Source: Aulosira sp. ZfuVER01
GTDB taxonomy: Bacteria; Cyanobacteriota; Cyanobacteriia; Cyanobacteriales; Nostocaceae
Assembly: GCA_034530615.2 (NCBI GenBank)
Contig: JAVRCV020000052.1
Location: forward strand, 128,001 to 192,000
Direction of reading: 5' to 3'
DNA: 64,000 bases
The position numbers and the translations under genes were made by a program. Shown one piece after another: positions 19,585 through 30,100 of this stretch (its first letter is position 1; each line of letters opens with the position of its first letter). The notes beneath the pieces are model-generated. The model did not search any database. It saw only the letters and a list, made by a program, of their open reading frames with translations, and was not told the origin of the DNA.

Positions 19585-20094
19585 ATGACTAAAAGATTAA
19601 ATATTCGGATTTGGACAAGTGTATTCAGTGTATTACTTTGGGGATTGATTGGCATCACAGCAATTATAGGTTATGCCCCCATAGCCTTGGCACTGGAATA
19701 CAACAAAGAAATTTTGGTAGAGTCGGATTTTTCGGGACGGGATTTAACAGACTCCAGCTTTACTAAAGCTAATCTCAAAAAGAGCAACTTCAGTAAAGCA
19801 AACTTGAGTGGTGTTAGCTTCTTTGCTGCAAATCTAGAATCAGCAAATTTGGAAGGAGCAAATCTAACTAATGCTACGTTAGATTCAGCTCGCTTCATTA
19901 AAGCCAATTTGACTAATGCAGTGTTAGAAGGTGCTTTTGCAGCGAATGCTAAGTTTGATGGTGCAATAGTTGATGGCGCAGATTTTACGGATGTGCTGCT
20001 GCGTCCGGATGAGCAAAAAAAATTATGTCAGGTAGCTAAAGGTACTAATCCCACTACAGGAAGAGATACTCGCGATACCTTGTTTTGTCCTTAG
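19585..20094 (+). CDS. Pentapeptide repeat protein with a signal peptide (lumenal/periplasmic type)
   Basis: A(N/D)LxxA repeats; C-terminal LC...GTNPTTGRDTRDTLFCP. Confidence 0.9.
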   Translation: MTKRLNIRIWTSVFSVLLWGLIGITAIIGYAPIALALEYNKEILVESDFSGRDLTDSSFTKANLKKSNFSKANLSGVSFFAANLESANLEGANLTNATLDSARFIKANLTNAVLEGAFAANAKFDGAIVDGADFTDVLLRPDEQKKLCQVAKGTNPTTGRDTRDTLFCP

Positions 20095-20132
20095 TGCTTC
20101 AATATTTGGGGACGAAAGTCCTCACTACAAAC
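20091..20132. repeat. Partial copy of the 11105-11160 dispersed repeat
   Basis: TTAGTGCT...GGACGAAAGTCCTCACTACAAAC versus TTAGTGCT...GGACTAAAGTCCTGACTACGAAC. Confidence 0.6.
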
Positions 20133-20173
20133 GTATTTACCCTCAAAGATAGTAGCGATCGCCTATAAAATAC

Positions 20174-20509
20174 TTAAACTAAGCGAAAGATAAATGGGTA
20201 GCGATACAATACATCGCGATCGCCCAAGATTTTGACAATGGCAATGATGGGCATGATAATACTGATGACCCACAACCCAATCAATAGCAAAATCCCAATC
20301 CCCACCAGGGTTAGCAATCCAAAAATAATTCCGTAAATGTAAAGGTTGATGTGAAAATTGAGGGATTCTCTGGCATTGTCTTTAACAACGGGGTCGTTAC
20401 TCATCAACAAAATTGCAATCGGTATGCCAATAGATACAATTGTGGAGCTAAAAAATATCGCTCCATGACTTAGGGCAGATAACAACTTGCGTTGTGGGAA
20501 GTCTTCCAT
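20174..20509 (-). CDS. DUF4870-type small membrane protein
   Basis: LSALSH, VKDNARESLNF, C-terminal YRYPFIFRL. Confidence 0.8.
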   Translation of the reverse strand: MEDFPQRKLLSALSHGAIFFSSTIVSIGIPIAILLMSNDPVVKDNARESLNFHINLYIYGIIFGLLTLVGIGILLLIGLWVISIIMPIIAIVKILGDRDVLYRYPFIFRLV

Positions 20510-20594
20510 GACTCAATCCCTCTGGTTTTGCTCACTTCTCGATTTTACGATCGCAAGTTGCGATCGCCATCATTCTGTCAGAATATATTTGCAA

Positions 20595-22178
20595 CTAAAC
20601 TGAGGGATTTAATTTTTTCTCCCACAACCACCCCAATACACCTAAAGCTAATAACAAAGGTGTCAACCAATCACCCCAACGCACATATAAAGTTTGAGTT
20701 TGACGTTGATAAATTGTTTCGGCATAAGTTTCGTAGGTATTATATCTAGATATCCACAAGGTTCTACCATGAGGGTTGATAAACGCTGAATATCCGGTAT
20801 TAGTCGCCCGCACTGACCATCTATCAGTTTCAATTGCCCGCATGATATCCTGTGCATGGTGCTGGAAGGGCATGGCAGCAGTGTAATGTGCATCGTTGGA
20901 GGAACTGAGGATAAATTTCCCACCCGCCGCAGCTTGACGACGAAATTGCGAAGAAAAGGCTGAGTCGTAACAAATACCAACAATTACACGCCCAAAAGGG
21001 GTATTAAATAGTTGATTGGGCGAACCAGGAACTTGATGTTCATCCAGAGGTGACAGGCGTTGAATGATCTGTCCTAAAATCGCCTCGAAAGGGATATATT
21101 CACCTAATGGTACTAGTTTGGTTTTGTCGTAGCGGCTAAAAGCTTCTCCTTTACTAGTATAGGTAAACAAGCTATTGGTGTAACTGCGTCCTCTTTCTCC
21201 AAAAGCACCAATCCAAGCAACTACGCCTTTTTCCTTCACTGCTGAGATGATGGGAGTTGTGCTTAAGTCACGTTGGAAAAAAGGTAAGGCTCCTTCTGGG
21301 GTGAGGACTGCATCTACACCTCGATCTGCTAAAGTTAAATATCCGTTGGTGTAGCCTGCGATCGCCCGTCGCAATCCTTCTGGTTTTAGTTTAATAATGT
21401 TGGGAATGTTACCTTGAACAATTCCTATTTTTAAGGCTTGTTCTGGAGTTTGGCTGAGGGGAACACTGTAGAAGCTAAAACCGATGAGGTGTAGGGTGAT
21501 GAATAGTAATGTTGCAAGTGCAAAGTATTTATTAACGAACCGCTGAGGCGCAGAGGAACCAGAGGAGGAGATTTTACGGTTAATCCAGGCTTCGGCAATA
21601 AAGCCATTTACGGCGACAATTGCGGCTGTAATAGCGCTTGGCCCGGCGAGTTGACCGAGGTGTAAAATTACTAAATTCTGCGGACTTTGGGTGTATGAAA
21701 GAGAACTCCACCATAAAGCGCCAGCACTCCAAATTCCTTCTAATAAGCACCAGATAGCTGTGCCGATAAGTACCCGCAATACAGGTTTTGAGACAGCTAA
21801 ACGCACCATCAAAGCTGCCCAAGCAACGACAATGGCTGCACCCCAAAGGGTAACGAATGTCAAACAGAAGATGGTAATTGCCAAACTCGCCAGCCAAGGA
21901 ACACCCAACCAATCCATTGGATGGATGCCGGTAATCCAGAATAAAGCTAATCCGTGATAACCAATACCCCAAAATAAAGGTAAAAAGAAGAATTTTCGCC
22001 TTTTACCTTCTAAGTTTGTACTTTTTTGAACAACTAACACCCAGAGAGGGACGAGGGCAATCCAAGCTAGAAACCATGCGCCTACAGGGGCTACAGTTAG
22101 CCCCATTAATACCCCACTAATGAAGGATAAAATGTAAAGGCTAAAGGATGAAAATAGCTTTTTTGTTTGATACTTCAT
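20595..22178 (-). CDS. lnt: Apolipoprotein N-acyltransferase
   Basis: Multi-TM N-terminus, IVQGNIP, TPEGA, YDKTKLVPLGEYIP, GICYDSAF, RATNTGYS. Confidence 0.92.
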   Translation of the reverse strand: MKYQTKKLFSSFSLYILSFISGVLMGLTVAPVGAWFLAWIALVPLWVLVVQKSTNLEGKRRKFFFLPLFWGIGYHGLALFWITGIHPMDWLGVPWLASLAITIFCLTFVTLWGAAIVVAWAALMVRLAVSKPVLRVLIGTAIWCLLEGIWSAGALWWSSLSYTQSPQNLVILHLGQLAGPSAITAAIVAVNGFIAEAWINRKISSSGSSAPQRFVNKYFALATLLFITLHLIGFSFYSVPLSQTPEQALKIGIVQGNIPNIIKLKPEGLRRAIAGYTNGYLTLADRGVDAVLTPEGALPFFQRDLSTTPIISAVKEKGVVAWIGAFGERGRSYTNSLFTYTSKGEAFSRYDKTKLVPLGEYIPFEAILGQIIQRLSPLDEHQVPGSPNQLFNTPFGRVIVGICYDSAFSSQFRRQAAAGGKFILSSSNDAHYTAAMPFQHHAQDIMRAIETDRWSVRATNTGYSAFINPHGRTLWISRYNTYETYAETIYQRQTQTLYVRWGDWLTPLLLALGVLGWLWEKKLNPSV

Positions 22179-22212
22179 AAGATTTCTTGCAAAAATCCGA
22201 ATAAGAATAAAA

Positions 22213-22256
22213 AACCACAGATGAACACCGATTAACACCGATATTTATCTGTGGTT
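22213..22256. repeat. Hairpin-bounded short tandem repeat between gyrA and lnt
   Basis: AACCACAGAT...ATCTGTGGTT inverted ends around 10-nt AACACCGAT(T/A) units. Confidence 0.55.
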
Positions 22257-22295
22257 CGATATCCAAAAAATCGACTTATGCAAAAGGTCTATACT

Positions 22296-24896
22296 TCATT
22301 CTGCCTCTTCTAAAAGACCTGTATCACCCGTATCAGGAGGAACTATGGCTACTCCGGTGATGGCATCATCTTCGTCTAAGCGCTGAACTCTCACGCCTGT
22401 TGCCGATCGCGATTGTACGGAAATTGCATTCACCGCTTGGCGTATAATAATACCGCGATTTGTTACCATCATGATTTCGTCGTCGCTGTTGACAATCTGC
22501 AAGGTGGCTAATTTGTCTTTGGTTTTGCGGTTTTTGAATTTGGTTGCCATCAAACCCTGACCGGCACGATTTTGCAACCGGAATTGGGCAACTGGGACGC
22601 GCTTGCCATATCCACCCATCGTAATTACCAACACCCAAGGGCCAGTACTACCAATAGCTGCTACTTCTGTGGATTCTTCATTTTCGATATCTTCGGTTTC
22701 GAGGATCTCTTCAATATCGGCCTCGGTTTCGGTATCTGTACTCAAGGTGTCGAGAATGGCGGCGGGAAGGATATCCATCCCGACTAATTCATCACCGGGC
22801 TTAAGTTTCATGGATTTTACACCACGAGTTGCCCTACCTAGAGGACGCAATTGTTCGTGGTTACAGCGAAAATGAATTGCCATCCCATGACGAGAACCTA
22901 CAATTACACTGTCTTCTACCCTAGCGCGTCGTACCCAGCGTAATTGGTCGCCTTCTTCTAAGGAAATTGCTATTAAGCCGTTGGCGCGAATGTTACTAAA
23001 TGCTGTCAAATCAGTTTTCTTGATATTGCCACCTTTGGTGAGCATCACCAGATATTCTTCACTGGTAAACTCATCAACTGGAACAATGGAAGTAATTTTT
23101 TCTTCCTTGGGAATGGGCAACATTTGCACAATTGGTGTACCGCGACTGGTACGGGAACCCACGGGAATTTGATAAGCTTTCAGGCAGTAGACTACACCGC
23201 GATCGCTAAAAAATAAAACACTGTCGTGATCGCAGCAAGTCAAGAAATGTTCAATGGTGTCATCATCTTTGACCTTAGCCCCGGCTTTGCCTCTGGTAGC
23301 GCGGCTTTGAGCTTCAAAGGTGTTGACTGGCATCCGTTTGATATAACCTTGCTCTGTTAGCAAAATGATTGCTTTTTCATTTGCTATCAGGTCAAGATCG
23401 TCTAATTCTCCTTCTGCATGGGTAATTACAGTGCGTCGGGGTGTGGCGAAGCTAGTTTTGATTTGCGCAACTTCGTCTTCAATGATTGCCAGCACTCTTT
23501 CCCGCCGTGCCAAAATATCTTGCAAGTCGGCAATTTGTGTTTGTAAATCTTCGTGTTCTTGGCGAATTTTATCTGCTTCTAGGGCTGTTAAGCGCCGCAG
23601 TTGCATCTGTAAAATTGCATCTGCTTGGACTTCCGAAAGCCCGTATGTGGTAATTAGTTCACCTTTGGCTGTGGGTGCATCGGAAGCATGGCGAATTAAG
23701 TTAATGATTGCATCTAAATGCGATAGAGCAATTAACAATCCTTGTAAGATATGGTCACGGTCTTCCGCTTTCCGCAGTTCATAGCGTGTGCGTCTGTTAA
23801 TCGATTCAATACGGAAATCTAAGAAGACTTCTAAGAACTGCTTGATGGTGAGGGTTTGAGGTTCACCATTCACCAACGCCAGCATATTTGCCCCAAAGTT
23901 GGCTTGCAGTGGGGTTTGCTTGTAGAGGTTATTCAGTACTACCCTAGGATAGGCATCGCGCTTGAGTTCGATGACAATTCGCATCCCATCGCGATCGCTT
24001 TCATCCCGAATATCTGCAATTCCCTCGATGCGTTTATCATTCACCAACTCGGCAATTTTTTCAATTAATGCGGCTTTGTTGGTTTGATAGGGCAATTCGG
24101 TGATGATAATTGCTTCTCTTTCTGGTCTTCCTCTTTGTTCAATGGTTTCGATGTTAGCCACGCCGCGCATGGTAATCGAACCGCGCCCGGTGGTGTAAGC
24201 TTCTTTAATTGCAGCCGTTCCCAAAACCTGGGCCCCAGTGGGAAAATCTGGGCCGTGGATATACTGCATTAACTGGAGATTGGTGATTTCTGGATTGTGA
24301 ATCAATGCCACTAATCCATCAATCAATTCGCCTAAATTGTGCGGCGGGATGTTTGTTGCCATCCCCACAGCAATCCCAGAGGAACCATTCAGCAACAGCT
24401 GGGGAATCCGTGATGGTAGAACTGTTGGTTCTTGTTGGGAACCGTCGAAGTTATCAATAAAATCTACGGTTTCCGATTCGATGTCGTGGAGTAAGGCTAG
24501 GCTAGTTAAGGCTTGCAAGCGACATTCTGTGTACCGCATTGCCGCTGGCGGATCGTTGTCTACTGAACCGAAGTTACCATGCCCGTTGATTAAGGGCGAT
24601 CGCATGGAAAAATCCTGCGCCATCCGCACCAAGGCATCATATACTGCCGTGTCGCCGTGAGGGTGATATTTACCCAAAACTTCCCCCACCACACGGGCGC
24701 ATTTACGGAATGGGCGATCGTGCGTCAAACCTAGCTCGTGCATTGCGTAGAGGATGCGACGATGCACAGGTTTCAGACCATCCCTGGCATCTGGCAGCGC
24801 CCGACCCACAATCACACTCATGGCGTATTCCAGATAAGACCGGGACATTTCGTTCCGCAGATCTGTCGGGATAATCCTCTCCTGTGAGGTTGTCAT
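22296..24896 (-). CDS. gyrA: DNA gyrase subunit A
   Basis: [31 protein letters not shown] active-site Tyr, GyrA-box-like QSRATRGK, beta-pinwheel CTD. Confidence 0.96.
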   Translation of the reverse strand: MTTSQERIIPTDLRNEMSRSYLEYAMSVIVGRALPDARDGLKPVHRRILYAMHELGLTHDRPFRKCARVVGEVLGKYHPHGDTAVYDALVRMAQDFSMRSPLINGHGNFGSVDNDPPAAMRYTECRLQALTSLALLHDIESETVDFIDNFDGSQQEPTVLPSRIPQLLLNGSSGIAVGMATNIPPHNLGELIDGLVALIHNPEITNLQLMQYIHGPDFPTGAQVLGTAAIKEAYTTGRGSITMRGVANIETIEQRGRPEREAIIITELPYQTNKAALIEKIAELVNDKRIEGIADIRDESDRDGMRIVIELKRDAYPRVVLNNLYKQTPLQANFGANMLALVNGEPQTLTIKQFLEVFLDFRIESINRRTRYELRKAEDRDHILQGLLIALSHLDAIINLIRHASDAPTAKGELITTYGLSEVQADAILQMQLRRLTALEADKIRQEHEDLQTQIADLQDILARRERVLAIIEDEVAQIKTSFATPRRTVITHAEGELDDLDLIANEKAIILLTEQGYIKRMPVNTFEAQSRATRGKAGAKVKDDDTIEHFLTCCDHDSVLFFSDRGVVYCLKAYQIPVGSRTSRGTPIVQMLPIPKEEKITSIVPVDEFTSEEYLVMLTKGGNIKKTDLTAFSNIRANGLIAISLEEGDQLRWVRRARVEDSVIVGSRHGMAIHFRCNHEQLRPLGRATRGVKSMKLKPGDELVGMDILPAAILDTLSTDTETEADIEEILETEDIENEESTEVAAIGSTGPWVLVITMGGYGKRVPVAQFRLQNRAGQGLMATKFKNRKTKDKLATLQIVNSDDEIMMVTNRGIIIRQAVNAISVQSRSATGVRVQRLDEDDAITGVAIVPPDTGDTGLLEEAE

Positions 24897-25350
24897 AACC
24901 TAAAAAACTCCAAAAATCGCAGATTTTAGCCCTTGTACTTGACAAATTGCAAAATTATTCCAATTTACTCTTGAATAATTGCTAGATTTTGGTACAATTC
25001 TAGCACATATTGCTTTTTGTTGCCGGGAGAGGTAAGTCTGAGGGTTAAGGAGAAACCTGACGAATCAATGGTAAATGACTGTACCTGAGAGGCTTTTGGC
25101 TGAGGGTTAAGCGAATCTAACTAAAACGCCTGCCAAATATAAGCAATTTAAAATCAAAAAAAGTATAAATAAACTAACCATTACACAGCAGGCATTATAG
25201 CTAATGAGCGTACCTCAATTAAATGTTTGACAGAGCATTCAGATTGATTTAGCTATAGACATCACAGAGCAAATATTAGATAACGGTGTAGATTATTGCC
25301 ATCAGTTTTTACTTCTGTAACTGTGATTTTCCATATCATCTGAGACTACC

Positions 25351-25563
25351 ATGACTTTTCAACAATTACGAATTGGCGATTACTTTCGGATTCCTGGTAT
25401 AAGTTTCAAATGTGTGTATAGAAAAGCTAGTAATTCATCTTGCAGTTTGAATTCTCTATTAGAACCTATTCGACCAGGAACAACAGTTGTACCGTTAAAT
25501 CAAGCACAAATTGCTAAGTATATGGCAGAAAAGCGAGATTTCTGGAAAAGCTTACAGGAATAG
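25351..25563 (+). CDS. Small hypothetical protein
   Basis: 70-aa ATG ORF in an intergenic gap (MTFQQLRIGDYFRIPG...). Confidence 0.6.
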   Translation: MTFQQLRIGDYFRIPGISFKCVYRKASNSSCSLNSLLEPIRPGTTVVPLNQAQIAKYMAEKRDFWKSLQE

Positions 25564-25710
25564 TGCTGCTGTGTGGAAGTCAAAAGTCAAAAGAATTGTA
25601 TTCTGGGCTTTTGCGCCCTTTCCTTTTTAATGGGATCTCTATTTACGCCGTGCTTTACTAGATATCAAGTACTCAGGGAAAGACAGATTTCAATTATGTA
25701 TTGAAGAGTA

Positions 25711-26007
25711 CTAGCAATACATTGTGACATCTTCACCACATTCATCTGCTAAATAACTTAGAGCCTTGAACCGTAGTTCAACTAACTGTTCGTAGAAAGG
25801 ATTGAGTTTACATAGAGGGGGAATGTAAACAAGCGTGCGATCGCAGAATTTAATTTCTCGCTCAAAAGGACAACTGGAAGGAATAATCGTACAAATTAAC
25901 CGCGCTAATTGGTAATTTTCTATTTTGATGGATTCTAGGAGTTGGCGGATTGGTTGGAGTAGAACCTTGCCAAAATGAATTGAAGTGGATTTAGTGGTAA
26001 ACATCAT
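25711..26007 (-). CDS. Mo-dependent nitrogenase C-terminal (Mo-nitro_C) domain protein
   Basis: ICTIIPSSCPFER, IPPLCKLNPFYEQLVELRFKALSYLADECGED. Confidence 0.85.
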   Translation of the reverse strand: MMFTTKSTSIHFGKVLLQPIRQLLESIKIENYQLARLICTIIPSSCPFEREIKFCDRTLVYIPPLCKLNPFYEQLVELRFKALSYLADECGEDVTMYC

Positions 26008-26522
26008 TTTTTTAGGGAATAAACTTGTTTAGGAGTTAGTAAGACTTTTTCTATTAGGAGTCTATCGGAATCGGAAGTATCTGCTATGATTATGTCTTTC
26101 GTCTTTTCATGCAGCAAAATTTTACCTTGAGCATCAAAACTAAAGTCTTGGCTAGGAATAAATCCTTTTTCAATAAGTTTTTTGAGAACAAATTTAGTAA
26201 CAGTTGCTAGTAACTGAGCATAGGGTTTCCAACCAGACAAATTATCTAAAATCCAGTGAAATGTATCTGTATCAGTTACAGATAACTCTAGTACTGCTGC
26301 TGTTAAAAAAGATTCTGTATATTGAAAACCCATGCTACTGTTTAGCTGAGTTATCCAACATTCTGCTAATTTTTTATCTTTAAAGTTTAAGATGTAGATT
26401 GCTCTCTCCAGATGAAAGTGAAATAGCTCTAAATCTTCCATATTGCACCAATGAGTTACAGCAAGAAATCTAACCAATTCATTAAAGAGAGGAAGTAGGG
26501 TGGAGGTGAATTTGGACTCCAC
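26004..26522 (-). CDS. Hypothetical protein, translationally coupled to the Mo-nitro_C gene
   Basis: ORF with ATGA overlap at 26004-26007; LIEKGFIPSQDFSFD motif; start uncertain. Confidence 0.65.
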   Translation of the reverse strand: MESKFTSTLLPLFNELVRFLAVTHWCNMEDLELFHFHLERAIYILNFKDKKLAECWITQLNSSMGFQYTESFLTAAVLELSVTDTDTFHWILDNLSGWKPYAQLLATVTKFVLKKLIEKGFIPSQDFSFDAQGKILLHEKTKDIIIADTSDSDRLLIEKVLLTPKQVYSLKK

Positions 26523-26634
26523 CCTGAGTTAAGGTGTATTAGGTTAGTTGTTTTCTACTTGCTTTTAACTTTAAAACTCAAAAATGCAGAAATTGTGGAG
26601 ATGGAAAGAAATTAGAAAAAATTTTTTGAGTAGT

Positions 26635-27009
26635 CTACCAGTTGAGAGCGGCTGCAATTTGAGCAGGTAATTTCATGGCTTTGAAAGGCTTGGTGATAAC
26701 TGCTCGCACTGCGAGTTCAGCAAATCGCCGTTTTTCAGTAGCTTGGGCTTTCGCCGTCAGCAAAATAACGGGAATTGATTGAGTTGCAGGATTCGCTTGT
26801 AATGCTTGAAAGGTAGCGATTCCGTCCATATCAGGCATCATAACATCCAAGAGAATCGCATCTGGCTGTTCGGCAACTGCTTTAGCTATGCCCTCACTAC
26901 CAGAAGCAGCCGTGGAAACTTGCCAAGCACCTACTGCTTTCAAGGCGAGTTCAGCTACTGCCCGGATATCATATTCATCATCAATGATAAGAATGTGTTT
27001 GGTGGTCAT
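26635..27009 (-). CDS. Single-domain response regulator (CheY-like)
   Basis: ILIIDDE, AILLDVMMPDMDG, ILLTA, ITKPF; start at MTTKH. Confidence 0.92.
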   Translation of the reverse strand: MTTKHILIIDDEYDIRAVAELALKAVGAWQVSTAASGSEGIAKAVAEQPDAILLDVMMPDMDGIATFQALQANPATQSIPVILLTAKAQATEKRRFAELAVRAVITKPFKAMKLPAQIAAALNW

Positions 27010-27056
27010 AACAAGTCTACCTAATATATTTAGGTTAAAGAAGAAAAGAAACGAAC

Positions 27057-27099
27057 CGCATAGACGCGCTAGCGGCTTCCCGCAGGGTAGGACACAAAG
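27057..27099. repeat. Small dispersed repeat (SDR-like), copy 2, inverted relative to 340-381
   Basis: CGCATAGACGCGCTAGCGGCTTCCCGCAGGGTAGGACACAAAG. Confidence 0.8.
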
Positions 27100-27145
27100 G
27101 GCACAAAGGAAAGAGATTTTCAGAGATATTTTGTGTAAGCTCTGA

Positions 27146-30100
27146 TTAGTCTTGGCTGACTTCGCGATGATCGCCAATCATGCGGTTGAGTAAGTTAATT
27201 ACTCGCTGCTCAAATTCTTGGGGAGTAATGCGTCCTTTGGTGAAGAATAGGGTTTGCCCTAACTTTAAGCGATCGCGATCGCTCTCATCCAAATCCCGCG
27301 CTGTATATACAATTAACGGCACTTGGCACAAACGTTGATGTTGGCGTAGCCAATCGACAACCGCAAAACCGTCATTTTCTGGCAATCCCAAATCGAGTAC
27401 CAACAAGTCAGGCAGAATGTTCTGGCTGATCTGGATAGCTTCCCGTCCTGTTTGCGCATAAAAGGTAGTAATGCCGTGACGATTGAATAAGGCAATAAGT
27501 ACCTGTGCTAAATCTAGGTCATCTTCGACAATTAAAACTTTGATACAGGGATTTTGTGTAGCAGTAGCTTTTTCTAAAGCTTGACACAACAACTTAGGAT
27601 TGGGCGGTTTAACAATCCAATCGCTAACACTTTGCGGTAGACCTTTCTTGGCATCGGGTAACAAACCACTAAGAATAATTACAGGGATATTTTGAGTGTG
27701 TGGCTGCTGTTTGAGAATTGCTAGGGTTTCCCAACCATCCATACCCGGCATCATTAAGTTGAGAATAATTGCATCCGGATGGTACAACTTTGCTTGCTCT
27801 ACAGCTTCTTGTCCCGATGCAGCTGCCATGACGCGATAACCTTGTCTTTCTAGCATAGTTTGCACTACCACCCGAATAGAAGGATCGTCATCGCACTCTA
27901 TTACTAGAGGTGAGGCTGAGGATGCAGTAATTGGGATCAGCACAGATGGCGAGAGATTTTCTTGATTTTCTCTATTCCTTTGTCTGGTTTCATCTTCGGA
28001 AAGCAGTGGCAAAGTAAAGAAGAAACTGCTACCTTCACCCAAAGTACTTTCAACCCAGATTTGCCCGTTATGATGTTGCAAAATACTGCGACAAATCGCT
28101 AAACCTAAACCTGTTCCTCCCTTTTGGCGAGAGTCGGAAGCATCAACTTGTCCAAAGCGCTCAAATACAGATTCCAGTTTCTCTGCTGGGATACCCCGAC
28201 CTTGGTCTTTGACTTGGAAGCGGATTCGTTTTGCTGCGAGAACTTCGCCACTCAAGCAAATTGTTGAACCTGGTGGAGAAAATTTAATTGCATTGCTGAG
28301 TAAATTGGTAAAAACTTGAATTATCCGGTCAGGGTCAGCCCAAATTGGTGCTGATAGGGGCAAAACTGATAATGTCACCTCTGCTTGCTCTGCCATTTCT
28401 TCAACAATTTCTATTGATTCAGTCATTAAGTCGCCAGCATCGCAGATTTCTGGGGTCATTTGTACCTTACCGGACTCGATGCGCTCAATATCCAAGATGT
28501 CATTTATTAGACGAACCAACCGATCTGTATTACTAGCAGCAATATTTAACATCCGTTGCGCTTCTTCAGGCTCTGCTAAGAGAACTTCACCTGCTAATAA
28601 ATCCAAGGCACCAGAAATAGAAGTTAGGGGTGTGCGCAATTCGTGACTGACTACGGAAACAAATTCATCTTTGAGGCGTTCGATTTCGCGGCGATCGCTA
28701 ATATCTTTCATAAAGCAATAATGCCCCATGAATTGCTGCTGCTGGTCATAGGCTTTGACCATCACCACTTGTTTATCAAAAACCGATTTGTCTTTGCGCA
28801 CACCTCTAGCTTCCGCTTCCACCTTGCCGTTGGTCAGCATTAGTTGATAGGCTGCATTCAATTTTTCTAAATCTTCTGGGTGGACGGTTAATACCCATTC
28901 CATACCAATCATTTCCTCTGGTTGATAACCAACCGCGTTGGCATAAGCTGGATTGACTTTGAGATAACGTCCCTGAGTATCTAACTGTGAAATACCTTCG
29001 ACTGCGCTTTCAAGTGCCAGACTGAGGTGGCGAAGTTCTTCTTCGGCTCGCTTGCGTTCGGTAATATCATTATTCATCTCCAGCATTCTCTGCGATCTAC
29101 CTTGCTCATCGCGCTGCAATGCCCAACGGCTGTCCACCACAATAGGAGTACCATCACGTTTAATGTGTATGAGTTCACCTTCCCAACGCCCTGTTTGCAA
29201 AAGTTGGGCTTCAATTTCTGCGAACGGCTGAGGAAATTGGGTTTGTAGAAATTCATGAGAAATTTGTCCAATTGCTTCTGCTTTCGCCCAGCCGTACATT
29301 TCCTCTGCACCGCGATTCCAAAAGGTAATCCTGGCGTTGGCGTCACGGACTATGATCGTGTCGTGAGTTAGGTCAAGAAGAAATGCTTGTTTTTGTAGTT
29401 CTTCTTCTGATTGCTTGCGCTCGCTAATATCTTCAACTATGTAAGAAAATCGCGGATGGCTACTGCGATCGCTACTAATTGCCGAAACTGTCGCTGACAG
29501 CCATCTCTTACCTGTGAGGGTATCGTGAGTATACTCAAAGCGAACAGGAGAATGGCTGCGTTCGGCTTCGTGATAATTCTCAATCCACTGGTGTATATAA
29601 TTTGGTGGCGCACCCAATTCGCTGGCTAGCCGATTTTGCATGAGCGCTGGTGTCAGTCCATAAAATTTCGCGGCGGCAGCATTATCAGAAATATGTAGAA
29701 TGTCATCATCTATCACCTCAACAACTCCCATCAGCATTGGTGCGCTATCAAAGAAACTGCGGAGAGTGGCTTCACTGTGGCTCAGTGCTTCTTCTGAGCG
29801 TTTGCGATCGCTAATATCTGTGATTGTGCCAATAAAGCCAGTAACTTCTCCTACCGTTCCAATCTCCGCTATTGCCTGAGCTAACACCCAAGTTGTTTTT
29901 CCCCTGGAATTCCGAAAACGATGCTCAGATTTAAAGGGCAATTTTTGTTGTATAGTTTGATGCCACTGTCTAATCACACGCTGGCGATCTTCATGATGCA
30001 AAAATTTTATCCAGCCTTCTTCAACTAGTTCTTCTGGAATAGTGCCAATAATCTCACACGCTTGCTTGTTCAGGAAGATGCAGTGGCCAAAAGCATCGGT

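Noticed and set aside
25711..26007. Nitrogen-fixation gene cluster
   Set aside because: The Mo-nitro_C domain name does not imply nitrogenase function, and no nif genes are present.
27010..27177. N-terminal extension of the CheY-like regulator in the ORF track
   Set aside because: It runs through the dispersed repeat and overlaps the kinase end; the receiver fold begins at MTTKHILIIDD (27009).
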